A stretch of DNA of 64,000 nt from Octopus vulgaris (Eukaryota), in assembly GCA_951406725.2 (NCBI GenBank), contig OX597828.1, positions 34,410,001 through 34,474,000 of the forward strand, given 5' to 3'. The notes under the pieces were generated by a model that made no database searches, had not been told where the DNA came from, and saw nothing but the letters and a program-made list of their open reading frames with translations. Each line of letters starts with the position of its first letter. Positions within the stretch are counted from its first letter, which is position 1. A program made the translations under genes and the position numbers. Positions 27,618 to 39,849 of this stretch are shown here, in pieces.

Positions 27618-28123
27618 TTGTGAAGATTTTTCAGCTTTATTATTAAAGTATATATACTCGTATGTATGTATGAAGTTGTGTGTACCTTTGTCTTTGTCTC
27701 CCACAATCTTGACAATTGGTGTAGGTTTGTTTACGTCCTTGTAATCTAGTGGAACCGGTAAAAGAAATTGATAAAACAAGTATCAGATTTTAAAAGTAAA
27801 TAGTGGACGCGATTTGTTTGATCAGACCCCTTAAGGCGGCAGCCCCAGAGTGGCTGCTGTCCAATCACTGAACCAAGTAAAAGAAGAGGTAAAAGAAAAT
27901 ACGCTGACAACTGACGAGGAAGGGGCTTAAGCCCAAAATATTGCTTAAGATAATGGATGTCATGGCTGATGGTTAAGAGGTTCACTTCTCAGTGTTGAGA
28001 TACCGACTCACAGACGTAATACGATGGTTAAGTCATATCTATTGTAACTCTGGGCGGAAGTAATTATGTAAAAGTCCGAACGAGGATGGACACCAGCAAT
28101 AAACTGTAGTGTATATATATATA

Positions 28124-28331
28124 TTTTATCGTTTACTTGTTTCAGTCATTGGAGTGCGGCCATGCTGGGGCACCGCCTCGAACTTTTAGTCGAAGCAAGT
28201 GACCCCAATACTTACGATTTTGTTAAGCCTGGTACTTATTCTATCGGTGTCTTTTGCCGAAACGCTAAGTTATGGGTACGTAAACACGCCAACATCGGTT
28301 GTCAAGCAGTACTAGGCAGCAAGCACAGACA

Positions 28332-28374
<43 letters not shown>

Positions 28375-28567
28375 ACACACACACACACACACACATGCAC
28401 ATTCGACGGACTTCTTTCAGTTTCCGTTAATCAAATTCACTCACAAGGCTTTGGTCAGCTCGAGGCTATAGTAGAAGACACTTGGCCAAGGTGCCACGCA
28501 GTGGGACTGAACCCGGAACCATGTGGTTGGTAAGCAAGCTTCTTACCACACAGCCACGGCTGCACCT
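28124..28567 (-). mobile_element. SINE family B, full length
   Basis: Head, internal (CA)n and tail all present. Confidence 0.9.
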
Positions 28568-28866
28568 ATATACCTAAGCTTAGTTTCCATTAAACGAATA
28601 AGGTCCTGGAATGAAATTTGTAAGCTTCTGTAAACTGTTATAGTCTAAGAGCTTTAATTGGAGGCGACAAGTCATGTGTAACGTTGCATTCGCCCGATTT
28701 GTGTTATATTGTAATAAATAGAGAGTTCTTATCCCTAATGCCAAATACTTATGCATAAAATGCAACAAAAGTGATTGTCTTCATCCGAATGTATCCCAGG
28801 ATTCTTTCATTGAGAACGTGTATGTCAGGGATGTAGCATTCGCCATATAAAAGTTGCCAAATTTCT

Positions 28867-29250
28867 GGCGCGCAGGAGTGGCTGTGTGGTAAATAGCTTG
28901 CTTACCAACCACATAGTTCCTGGTTCAGTCCCACTGCATGGCACCTTGGGCAAGTGTTTTCTGATATAGCCTCGGGCCGACCAAAGCCCTGTGAGTGGAT
29001 TTGATAGACGGAAACTGAAAGCCCGTCGTATATACGTATATACATATATGTATGTGTGTGTATATGTTTGTGTGTATGTGTTTGTCCCCCCCCCCACGAC
29101 ATCGCTTGACAACCGATGCTGGTGTGTTTACATCCCCGATAGAATAAGTACTAGGCTTACAAATAATAAGTCCTGGGGTCGATTTGCTCGACTAAAGGCG
29201 GTGCTCCAGCATGGCTGCAGTCAAATGACTGAAACAAGTAAAAGAGTAAC
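28867..29250 (+). mobile_element. SINE family B, near full length
   Basis: Head and tail present; small internal deletion. Confidence 0.9.
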
Positions 29251-29252
29251 GA

Positions 29253-30150
29253 GTTAGTTAGTTAGTTAGTTAGTTAACTTTTTGGCTCAAAAAGCAAAAA
29301 GCAAGGCCATGTAGGGGGACATGGAGTTATGTACAGGGTGGTGTTCATGTAAAGAGTTCAGGCCACTTGAGGTCAAGGGAGACTGAACAAAGCGGTCGTC
29401 GGCATCTTCACCATCTCGTCTGGCAGCTTGTTCCACGGATCCGCAACCCGGACGGAGAAAGACCCTCTCCTTGGATTGAGATGAAATCATCGCAGATAGA
29501 GCTTTTTGGAATCACCCCGCCGCCGACGCTCTGGAGCAGGAGTGAAGAACAGCTCTTTCGAGAGGTTACACTTTCCGCTTATGATGTCGTGAGCAAGAAT
29601 GAGATCACCACGGCGGCGGCGTTTTTCTAGAGAATAAAGGTCGAGCGTCTTCAGCCTTTCTTCATAAGACAAATTCTTGAGACCATGAACCATGCGGGTA
29701 GCCAGCTTCTGGACTCTTTCGAGATGCTGTATGTTTTTGAGGAGATAAGGAGAAGAGGTTTGAATCCCGTACTCCAATATGGGTCTCACCAGCGTGACAT
29801 AGAGCGGTAGGAATATGGCTGCTGTGAGCATTCCGAATGACCGTCGAATCAAGAACAGAATTCCGCGTGCTTTGTTGGCAGCATGGACGCACTGGGCCGA
29901 AGGCGAAAAGGAGGAATCCACCAAGATACCCAGGTCCTTTACCTGATCGGTCCTCTCCAGCAGCAGACGACCCGGCTCGAAATCAAGTTGAGTTTCAGGA
30001 GGGGAGCCAACAGGCAGATGACAGCACTTTGACACGTTCAGACACAGGTCCCATTCGTTAGACCACCTCCAAATTTGGTGGAGGCATCGACGAAGATCCT
30101 CTTTATCACCGCGAGGAGCGACCAGTTTGACATCGTCAGCAAATAGAAGG
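29253..30150 (-). mobile_element. CR1-clade LINE, 5'-truncated inside RT
   Basis: LLFADDVKL...KDLGILVD...LYVTLVRPILEY...LERVQKLATRMV...LSYEERL, with (AACT)n tail. Confidence 0.93.
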
Positions 30151-30810
30151 GTAAGTGTAAATAGAGTAAGTGTAAATGAAACTTAAATGATAAAGAACGA
30201 TACAGAAGTAAAATGAAAGTTAAACATACACACAGCACCACCGAAGAACTTCACCAAACAGAAAGATTAGCTTCTGCAAAGACTTCTCGCCAAAATACAT
30301 TCCTTTTGTATTTTTCTTTACACACACAGAAGATATAAATTCCGACTTAATCCTACAAATTCCGCCGTTTATCAACAATCTTCTCCTTAAGAGTTCTCGA
30401 AATGCAAATTCTTCAACAATCAAAACATCACTCCCTTTTTTTTTTTTATCTCAGTACACAAATTATTAATTCCAGTGTTGCCACGAAACAACAAAGAGCA
30501 CCATTTAAGGCCCTTGAAGCAACACAAAAAGCAAACACTTTAGTTTCGACTTTTCTACTGAATGTGTGAGGCATAAACACATCTGTCATTACTCTAACAT
30601 AGAAGATCACATTCATAGAAGGTTAAACTGTTGAATCGATTCACTCTATTTTGTCTCTAGCCTAACTCGGACACATATAAAAAACTTGCGCTTCGATGTT
30701 GAGTTTAAAGAAACTTCACCATTATTAGTTCGGATGATCGCGCAGATCGATTCAAACAAGGAGACATTATTTTCTTCTATGTTTAAAAAAGATTTTTTAG
30801 CGTAGCTAAA

Positions 30811-30907
<97 letters not shown>

Positions 30908-30927
30908 AAATTGAAGTTTTCTGTGTA

Positions 30928-30958
<31 letters not shown>

Positions 30959-31124
30959 GTATACGAAAATTTAATGTACCTCAATAACTGCTACATCTTT
31001 CATCGGATTTCTTTAAAAAATTTAAACACAGCTGCTTCATATCCCAGACCTGAATATAGGCTACTTAGAGTTTTAAAAAAAATCGATACTGGGGCCTCTA
31101 GAGCGATGGGAAATAGATGATTAC

Positions 31125-31431
31125 TATTCAGTTCTATATTTAAGAGATGAGGAATTATGTACATTATTTACATTATTCAAATTTGACGGATATTTGTCCT
31201 GTCCTCATCTTGTTTGTTGTTAACACATCATTTCGGCTGATATCCTCTCCAGCCTTCATCAAGTGTCTTGGGGAAATTTCGAACCTGGGTTCTCATTCCT
31301 AAGGTATTTTTCGATGTTGTTATTATTATTATTATTATTATTGCTATTATTATTATTCATGTCACTGCCTGGAATCGAACTCGGAATCTTGAGGTTAGTT
31401 GCCCGCGCTCATAACCACTACGCTATATGCC
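31125..31431 (-). mobile_element. SINE family D, full length and uninterrupted, hammerhead (31222-31267) mutated
   Basis: Minus strand GGCATATAGCGTAGTGG..GAGTTCGATTCC, (AAT)n, GACAC-TTGATGA-A-GGCTG..CAGCC-GAAATGAT-GTGTT, then tail. Confidence 0.88.
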
Positions 31432-31970
31432 AACAGGCATGTCTGTCTATCTTTTTCAATGGCTACTGTGAATATGGTCGGTACACAATTAAGTTAATGA
31501 CAAATATAATTAACTTCTGTAGGTTTTCTCAAGTGCGACTACAGTATCAGAACCAAAGCAAGTCTTTTATCCAAAAACAGAATTCCACAGGCGTATTAAT
31601 GATATGTGACTCCAACCTTCATTATGTGGGTTGGCTATACTTTGAAACGAAGTGATTATTTCATTTTGAAGGCATTTTAATTGTTTGGAGCAGGTTTCAA
31701 ACATCGGCATCATACATCTCGTCTTTGCAAGTTCTTGGACAGAGTCGACCACAATAATCTGTTATTAAAATTCTCCAGTAATGGAATTCGTAAAAAAACA
31801 TCTGCACTGGTTTAAACGTTTTCTGGTAAGAATAAATTTTCTAAAATAGTTGCTTTGGTCCACTGGCAGAACGTTTGTCATGCTCACAGCAAATCTGGAA
31901 TCGTGTCCCACTGGCAACCTTCGACCGTGTCTATTCAAAGATTTTTTTCAACCCGATGCATACAAGCTAT

Positions 31971-32150
31971 TATTACCCTGTGCGCGTAAACGAAAGCCGG
32001 GTATTGTAATAATTCGCCTTTGTTTATCTGTGTATTTGCAAAGTTACTGGAAAACGCCCGAACGAATTTTCACCACATTTGCCAGAATTACTCATTGGGT
32101 GAGTGACTCAAAATGAATGTTTGCTTCGGTTAGATTTAAAAAAAATTTAC
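31971..32150 (+). mobile_element. Degenerate Helentron/DINE-like non-autonomous element
   Basis: TATTACCC...GGGTATTG terminal hairpin, TGTTTATCTGT repeat remnant and CGAATTTTCACCA.ATTT motif. Confidence 0.45.
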
Positions 32151-32152
32151 AA

Positions 32153-32297
32153 ATCGAACTTACAAATATCCCGATAAGCAAGAGGTCATTTTATTTTGTT
32201 CATTTTCTTTTTCATATGAATCTACCCTCGTCTCGGTGTAACTACGCACGTAGACACGTGTGCGTACGTACTTACATAAATACATACATAGATATGC

Positions 32298-32336
<39 letters not shown>

Positions 32337-32695
32337 ATTGTGTGTGTTTGTGGTCAGTGATGGATTCGAAGGTTTCGATTATTTACGACTTGTTTTCTTA
32401 ATTTCACAGAAGTATAAATACTTCCAATGGTGATACTTACAAGAAAGAAAAGAGGAAAAGATCGAATTTACAAATTTCCTGATAAGCAAGTGGTCGTATT
32501 ATTTTGTTCACTTTCTTTTTCATATGAATTGACCCTCGTCTGCGTGTGTATAGATCATGGTGTACCTATGCGTGTAAACACGTGCGGGTACATACATACA
32601 TATGCGACTGTGTGTGTGTTAAGTTATGGATGCGAGGGTTTCACTTATTTCTTAATTTCACCGAAGTATAAATATCTATAATGGTGACATTAAAA
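32153..32695. repeat. Diverged tandem duplication, ~308-bp period
   Basis: ATCGAA.TTACAAAT.TCC.GATAAGCAAG starts at both 32153 and 32461. Confidence 0.8.
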
Positions 32696-33177
32696 AAGAA
32701 ATTTAGTTCAATTAAAAAGAATGGGTAAGCAATGCATTGCAAGCCACACTATAACATACAAAAAAAATTATCTGCATTCAGAGTAGGCATCGCCCCTCCG
32801 ATGCCTTTTATTTTTCATTTATAACATTATTTACTTCGAGATCCTTCATTCCTTCCTTCCTTCCTTCATTGCTTTCTTTCTTTCTTTCTTTCTTCATTTC
32901 TTTCCTTCTTTCTTTCTTTCTTTCTTATAGTTACCCACACATCGCCATCATAATACATTAGGAGTGGTGTGTGTGTGAGAGCGCGCTCGCACTAATAATG
33001 ATTTCTGGTTCCAACAAGATGAAAGCTGCGACTAATATTACTGGCGTTACATATAATATTAATAAAAAATAAAAATAAAACAATATTTCGGTAATGAATT
33101 AATGAAGTAAAATATATCAGTTATAAAAAACGGTCGTTTGCAAGTGTGACATTTAGATTCGGATTTCATACAATATA

Positions 33178-33224
<47 letters not shown>

Positions 33225-33260
33225 CATCTATAAATATATATATATATATGAATATATGTA

Positions 33261-33316
<56 letters not shown>

Positions 33317-33350
33317 CATCTATAAATATATTTATATATATGTATATATG

Positions 33351-33429
<79 letters not shown>

Positions 33430-33732
33430 ATATATATGACTGATACAGTGTACATACATAGAGGAGTTTTACATACGGAGATGAAATGTGAGGGACATTT
33501 TCAATACCAGAAGCAGGGGACGAATTGTATGTGAGCAAGAACAAATGGGGTACATCTGTCCCGAGAAAAATAAGAAGCTTTGATTTTACAAAATCATAGG
33601 TATGCACGCGTTCACATTTAGCAGAATTATTAAATAAAATGTTTAACGCATTAATTAACCAAAATGTTATAATATCTAAAATAGCGAAACTTCAAAGACA
33701 ACAAAGCCAATGGTATGAATATGAATAATTAT

Positions 33733-34512
33733 AAGGTGGTGAGCTGGCAGAATCGTTAGTACGCCGGTCGAAATGCCAAGCGGTATTTAGTCTGCCGTTA
33801 TGTTCTGAGTTCAAATTCCGCCGAGGTCGACTTTGCCTTTCATCCTTTCGGGGTCGATAAATTAAGTACCAGTTACGCACTGGGGTCGATATAATCGACT
33901 TAATCCGTTTGTCTGTCCTTGTTTGTGCTCTCTGTGTTTAGCCGCTTGTAGGTAATAAAGAAATAGGTATTTCATCTGTCATTACGTTCTGAGTTCAAAT
34001 TCCACCGCGGTCGATTTTGCCTTTCATCCTTTTGGGGGCGACAAATTAAGTACCTGTTGCGTACTGGGTTCGATCTAATCGAGTGGCCCCCGCCCCAAAA
34101 TTTCGGGCCGTGTGGCTAGAGTAGAAAAGATTATTTCGAAGGCGGTGAGCTGGCAGAAACGTTAGCACGCCGGGAGAAATGCTTAGCAGTATTTCGTCTG
34201 CCGCTACTTTCTGAGTTCAAATTCCGCCGAGGTCGACTTTGCCTTTCATCCTTTCGGGGTCGATTAAATAAGTACCAGTTATGTATTGGGGTCGATATAA
34301 TCGACTTAATCCGTTTGTCTGTTCTTGTTTGTCCTCTCTGTGTTTAGCCCCTTGTGAGTAGTAAAGAAATAGGTATTTCGTCTGCCGTTACGTTCTGAGT
34401 TCAAATTCTGCCGAGGTCGACTTTGCCTTTCATTCTTTTGGGGTCGATAAATTAAGTACCAGTTGCGCACTGGTGTCAATCTAATCGAGTGGCCCCTTCC
34501 CTAAAAATTTCG
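33733..34512 (+). mobile_element. Two tandem dimeric family A SINEs
   Basis: Dimers at 33733-34135 and 34139-34512. Each is head-core-Tx1-like tail followed by a 5'-truncated second monomer. Confidence 0.9.
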
Positions 34513-34702
34513 TTAGAAAGGGTGGGGCATTGCATGATTTTCATAGTAAATCTGTTCTGTCTTTCATTTTTTTCTTTTACTTGATATCTTTAGTTTGTCA
34601 AGACTGGAGAGTCAAATAGTGTAATAAAATTTTTCCTATATATTTACTATCAGATAAAGTTGTACAAAATAAATTTTTGCTAATAAACCAAATAAAGAAA
34701 TT

Positions 34703-35045
34703 TGGGCACTCAGAGAGCGCAAACCTCCGCCAAGGCAACGATTAGCCGGAGATGATTTTTAAAATGACAAAATCTGAAATAAACTCACCAGCTCTCCCAA
34801 ACGAGAATTCGAACAGTGAATCCGACCGAGCACAAAATTTAAGTAAAACAACAGGAAAAATAATACAGAATCCCTGTCTGGTACTGGATCGATTCCAAAA
34901 TATAATCAGTTTGTGCCAGTCACGAGGACAAACATTCCTGAAAGTTTCATCCAAATTCATCCAGCGGTTCTTGAGATATCTTGTCATCGGACAAACAAAC
35001 ATGACTGAAAACAATATCCCCGCCTTCGCTAACGCGGGAGTAAAA
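34703..35045 (-). mobile_element. Helentron/DINE-like non-autonomous element
   Basis: ACCTCCGCCAAGG subterminal motif, AAGTTTCATCCAAAT, GACAAACAAAC and terminal hairpin CCCGCCTTCGCTAACGCGGG. Confidence 0.6.
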
Positions 35046-37549
35046 ATTTGGGTACTAATGGGTTAAGAAACTGTAAATATTTTATCTTTTTACAGAGTGA
35101 AATGGCTCAAACACTTGCGCAAAATCAGCAAAAATCAGACAGACACTTTGCTATCCATTGGATCGTGTAATCCTAAATTCTCTATCCGAAAAAAAAAAAA
35201 AGTAACACGTGATGGTCACGACTAAAATTCCTTTGATCATATACCGATTCTGGAGGGATGAGGACTAAAGTCCCCATTGGGATTCGAACTCTTAACGTAG
35301 AATAAGTTATAACTCTAAAGACTATAAAGGCTTTCGTTCGTTTTCCTGCTGCTTCTGCCGCTCCATCATATCTTGCAAGTAAATACTGCATTAGATATTA
35401 ACTTGACCTAATTTCCATAAATCCGTTCCCTTTTCTGCACGTCTTCGTGCCCCAGAAAAAACCAAATCTCCCAGCTAAGTTATTGATTATAAGGCGAAGT
35501 TGATCAACAATGTTAAGATATGCATTAGCTTATTATAAATGGATCTGACCTAGATGTTGCTGTAAACCTCTTTATTCCTTCCATTAAGACCGCATTTTCA
35601 GTACGACCACATCCATTAAAACTACCGCTATTATCATAACCGCTAGAGGCAAAACATCATTGATTTCCTTTAAATGCTTGTCCACACGCCATGTTGATGT
35701 TAAGTTTAGACGATTGACACCTCTCACTTGTGCTGTCTTCTTTATATTTCGACGGAAACAAGAAATATGTGTGTTAGACTCTTTTTATTATTTATTACGT
35801 GACTTACCTGCGGTTAAAAAGTTAAAATGGGGGACGTAGTAGTAATAGTTGAGCTAGATGTAGTGGAAATTAACGGACATTTTTACCTATAATATCGAAC
35901 AAATAAATACAAAAGTTCAATCTTCTGTAACGTGACAGCACTAATAATAAAGCTCGGTTGATCAAGAAGTAAATTCTGCTACCTGTGTTCAATTCTTAGT
36001 TGAAGCCACGTCACTTCATTCTATTTCACTAATGCCTGTCGGACTGGCAGGAACCTCATAACTTTATTGTTTCAGTATTCTCCAAAATATTGTGCCTTTA
36101 TACGCCAACAAGGGAGCCGATAAGTGGTAGTTTTATTTGCTAGAAACAACAGCGAAATCTCCCTGAAATTACACCCTGCCTTCTTAGAAATAAAAAACAG
36201 AAAACAGAACACATGTGATAACTTAGTCCCAGACAGACTATGTATAAAAGCAGAGTTTAAGGAAACTTGTGGTAGACAGTGTTGTTAAAAATTATCCAGT
36301 GACGATCTTGAGTTAAGTTTGAATGAGCGCGGGAAAAGGGAAAAGTAAACTTATGTTGCACTGACCCTTTATCTGAGAGAATATATTCTCCTTGTCTCTT
36401 TCTTCTCTTCTCTTTCTCTCCTTTCCCATTTCCTTCCTCTCATTTTCACTGAGACAAAGAGACAATCTCACCAAACATTAGATTCCTCTTCTCTTCACAG
36501 CACACCAACTTATTTCAACTGAAGAACAACCCGTTATCTTGAAAGAAACCCAGTCGATAGTTGAGACAGTCTCTTTTATTTATTTTATTCACTGGGGTGC
36601 GGCCATGCTGGGACAACACCTCGATCCTAATACTTACTTTAAAACCCTGTTACTTATTTTATTGATCTCTTTGATGAACAGCTTTGTTCAACGCTAAGTC
36701 AGACACAGAAACAGACACACACACGCACACACACACACATACACACATGCACACACATGTAATACTTATACAGTATAATAAGTTATGTTGAGGCGAAATA
36801 CGGAAAGGTATTGTAATTACCTATACAAGAACTTCAACTCAGTAATTCAAAGGCGGTGCTCCAGCATGGCCGAAGTCAAATAACTGAAACAAGTAAGAGA
36901 ATAAACGAATGCACCATTCATTGGTGCAGTGTGGCCGAATGGTTTGCGGGGTTCGCTTTGCAATCACAAGATCCCGGATTCAGTTTGACTGCGTGACATC
37001 AAAAGTGTCTTTTACCAAAATCTCGTGGTACCCCAGGCTTTGGGAGTGAAACTGTGTGAATGACTTTCGGATCCGTCGTAGCTGTAAATTAGAGATCCAG
37101 CCATTAATATTACTCTGTGATGCTGATTTCCAAACTGAGAATTATGCGAAGGATACACGTGTCTGTGGTCTGTCTTGTCACTTGGTGATTCAACGAGTGT
37201 GGTAGTTCAATCGATCGAAGAGCTGAAAACACATCGCGAAAATCGACGGAGAACCATTCACATGCATGCATATGCATTGCTTACAACAGCAGTTAACCTA
37301 TATCCTGATTGTAATACCATGGTTTCTATTGAGCCAGTAAGAGAATCTCCACACAGTCACTCCACATGCTAAAAGGAGCAGCTAAATTTCTTCATAACAA
37401 ATCGATATAATAGGATAGAATTCAATCTTATTTATCGTTAAAAAAACGAGGAAATGTCAGCGCTGGGACACTTTCGATCATCGAGCTGCTTGATAAGGTT
37501 TAACCTGTGGCTAAACAAGGAAATCAACATGAGATATGTTTATTTTATC

Positions 37550-37752
37550 GGTTTCAAATTTTGTCACAAGGCCAACAATTCTGAGGAAGGGGTCAAGTCG
37601 ATAACAATGATCCCAGTGTTCAACTGTTACTTATTTTATCGACTCTGAAAGGAAGAGCCGGGGTCGGCGGAGTTTGAACTCAGAACGTACGGACAAAATG
37701 CAGCTAAGCTTTGTGCTCGGCGTGCTAACGGTTCCGCCAGCTCGCCGCCTTC
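37550..37752 (-). mobile_element. SINE family A
   Basis: Family A head and degenerate core. Confidence 0.8.
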
Positions 37753-37899
37753 TATGTGGTTATTTTATTAACTGCTAAAAGAGATCGTAGTATTGGGAAT
37801 TAAATATTATTTAAGGGCAGTGGATGTAGGGCTGTGGGGCTGTGGGGCTGTGGGGATGTAACGGCAGTGATGGAAACGATCTACGGTGGGTAGTCTATT

Positions 37900-38090
37900 A
37901 GGCCGGGATTGTCTGAGTGGTCCTGAGCGTGGCTGAGCTTGACTGAGTCTGGCTGAGCCAAACTGATCCTAGCTTACCCGGATTGAACCGAACTGAGCCA
38001 GGTGAGCTTCACTGAGCTCGGCTGAGCTGAGTTAAGATGGGTTGAGCTGAGATGCGTTGAGCTAGTCTGAGCTGGGCTGGTTGAGCACTA
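37900..38090. repeat. Degenerate CTGAG-based repeat with 5/10-bp period
   Basis: CTGAG/TTGAG recurs about every 10 nt. Confidence 0.7.
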
Positions 38091-38262
38091 CTTATTCTAT
38101 ACGATACATGATATCGATAGGCCAACGTGATGTATAATTTAGTTGTTTATATCTTGTGATCGTGGTGATATCATTGGTTGAAACAGGGTCATACTGCAGT
38201 TTTGTGTTGCTAACACATCAACGTTATAAAGCACGTGAGTGCCCACCCACAGACTCACACAC

Positions 38263-38295
<33 letters not shown>

Positions 38296-38434
38296 TTCAC
38301 GCACGTACGTACGTATGTATGTATGTATATATGTATGTATGTAGGCATGTATGTGTGCATGTATGTGTGCATGTATGTATGAATGTTTGTATGTATACGA
38401 ATACATGCATACATACATACATACATACATACAT

Positions 38435-38465
<31 letters not shown>

Positions 38466-38503
38466 CACATATCTGTGTATATATGTATGCATGTATGTAT
38501 ATA

Positions 38504-38578
<75 letters not shown>

Positions 38579-39010
38579 ACATATTTGTAAAACGATCAAT
38601 AATAACTACTGTAACCATTTCCCACTGTATATGAAATCAGATATGATAATGTCGTATCACATGATTAGTGATAACAAATCCATAATAGTAACATACGCAC
38701 ATACACATACATACATTCGTACATACATAGATACATAGATACATAGATACATACATACATGCATACATACATGCATACGTACATACATATATATTTGTAT
38801 GCATATATGCAAATATATATATCTGTATATAAATATTAATGGGATTATTGACAATTGAGAGCGCGGATAACCGAATAAATACGCGTGGTCGTGTGTATCT
38901 TGTAGCTGCTTCAATACATTTAGCTTTTACACTGTTCTAACCGCTGAGCTGTCAGTGGAGACAATGCACACTAGCAAAAAAACTCACACTTTTGAGTGAG
39001 AAAAAAAAAA

Positions 39011-39190
39011 CAGGAGTGGCTGTGTGGTAAGTAGCTTGCTTACCAACCACATGGTTCCGGGTTCATTCCCACTGCGTGGCACCTTGGGCAAGTGTCTTCT
39101 AATATAGCCTCGGGCCGACCAAAGCATTGTGAGTGGTTTTGGTAGATGGAAACTGAAGGAAGCCCGTCGTATATATGTACATATATATAC
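39011..39190 (+). mobile_element. SINE family B, 5' half
   Basis: Family B head, ending at the internal TA tract. Confidence 0.88.
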
Positions 39191-39198
39191 TTTGTTTA

Positions 39199-39366
39199 CA
39201 GCAGCAGAAAATTCAACAAAAAAAAATTTTTTTTTTAATTTTCTGCTGCTTTATAGATGTTGTAGACGCTGTATGTGAAATTCAATTTACGAAATAAAGC
39301 ATATTACTCTACCACTGGTATTTGAGTACTCTTTTGTCCACCTTGTTTCACATTTATGTGTTTACT
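39199..39366 (+). mobile_element. Family H fragment (collapsed fold-back without hammerheads)
   Basis: AGCAGCAGAAAATT...AATTTTCTGCTGCT inverted pair. 39295-39366 is the reverse-complement homologue of 27422-27490. Confidence 0.65.
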
Positions 39367-39371
39367 TCGGT

Positions 39372-39605
39372 AGAGTCTGAGGAACTTGCACAAAGTAGAT
39401 GTAGCGGTTTTTAAATCAAAGCTGGACATCTTCCTGTCGAGAGTCCCAGATGAACCTACCTCACGGCAAGAGGTGCAAATGAGAGTAGCTATATCAAACT
39501 CCGTTCTTCACCAAGTGCCACATATTAGACGAGGTTCTTCGCAATAACAGTGTAGCACAAAACGGCGGTGCATCAGCATGGCCGCAGCTCTGAGGTGAAA
39601 CCAGA
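39372..39605 (+). mobile_element. CR1-group LINE extreme 3' fragment
   Basis: Open frame 39374-39547, SLRNLHKVDVAVFKSKLDIFLSRVPDEP...SNS (FK.KLD.FL..VPD.P motif), then a short 3' UTR. Confidence 0.75.
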
Positions 39606-39717
39606 GAAAAATTATATATATATATATAGTACAAACAGACTGGTTCTCCCCGTGCACAACAAAATATGCTTCAACACACGAATTAATATAAAGAATCTTG
39701 CAAACTAAATACAAAAG

Positions 39718-39792
<75 letters not shown>

Positions 39793-39799
39793 TATATAC

Positions 39800-39849
<50 letters not shown>

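Larger units (their letters stand above)
27422..27660. mobile_element. Fold-back Penelope-LTR-like element (family H) with two opposed hammerheads
   Basis: Inverted arms ~27478-27565 and 27574-27659 with an 8-nt spacer. Same family at 39199-39366 and 43963-44102. Confidence 0.8.
27245..27898 (+). mobile_element. Old SINE family B copy split by the fold-back hammerhead element
   Basis: Head at 27245-27420, tail at 27661-27898. Confidence 0.75.

Noticed and set aside
27905-27950. CTGACGA...GGGC(TTAA)GCCC-AAAATATT hammerhead-like string
   Set aside because: Extra bases between core and stem II, G12 missing and no stem I; too degenerate to call from one copy.
30240-30800. Unique-looking block with Sox/Fox-like motifs as an enhancer
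   Set aside because: Short motifs are expected by chance in AT-rich DNA; unsupported without conservation or chromatin data.
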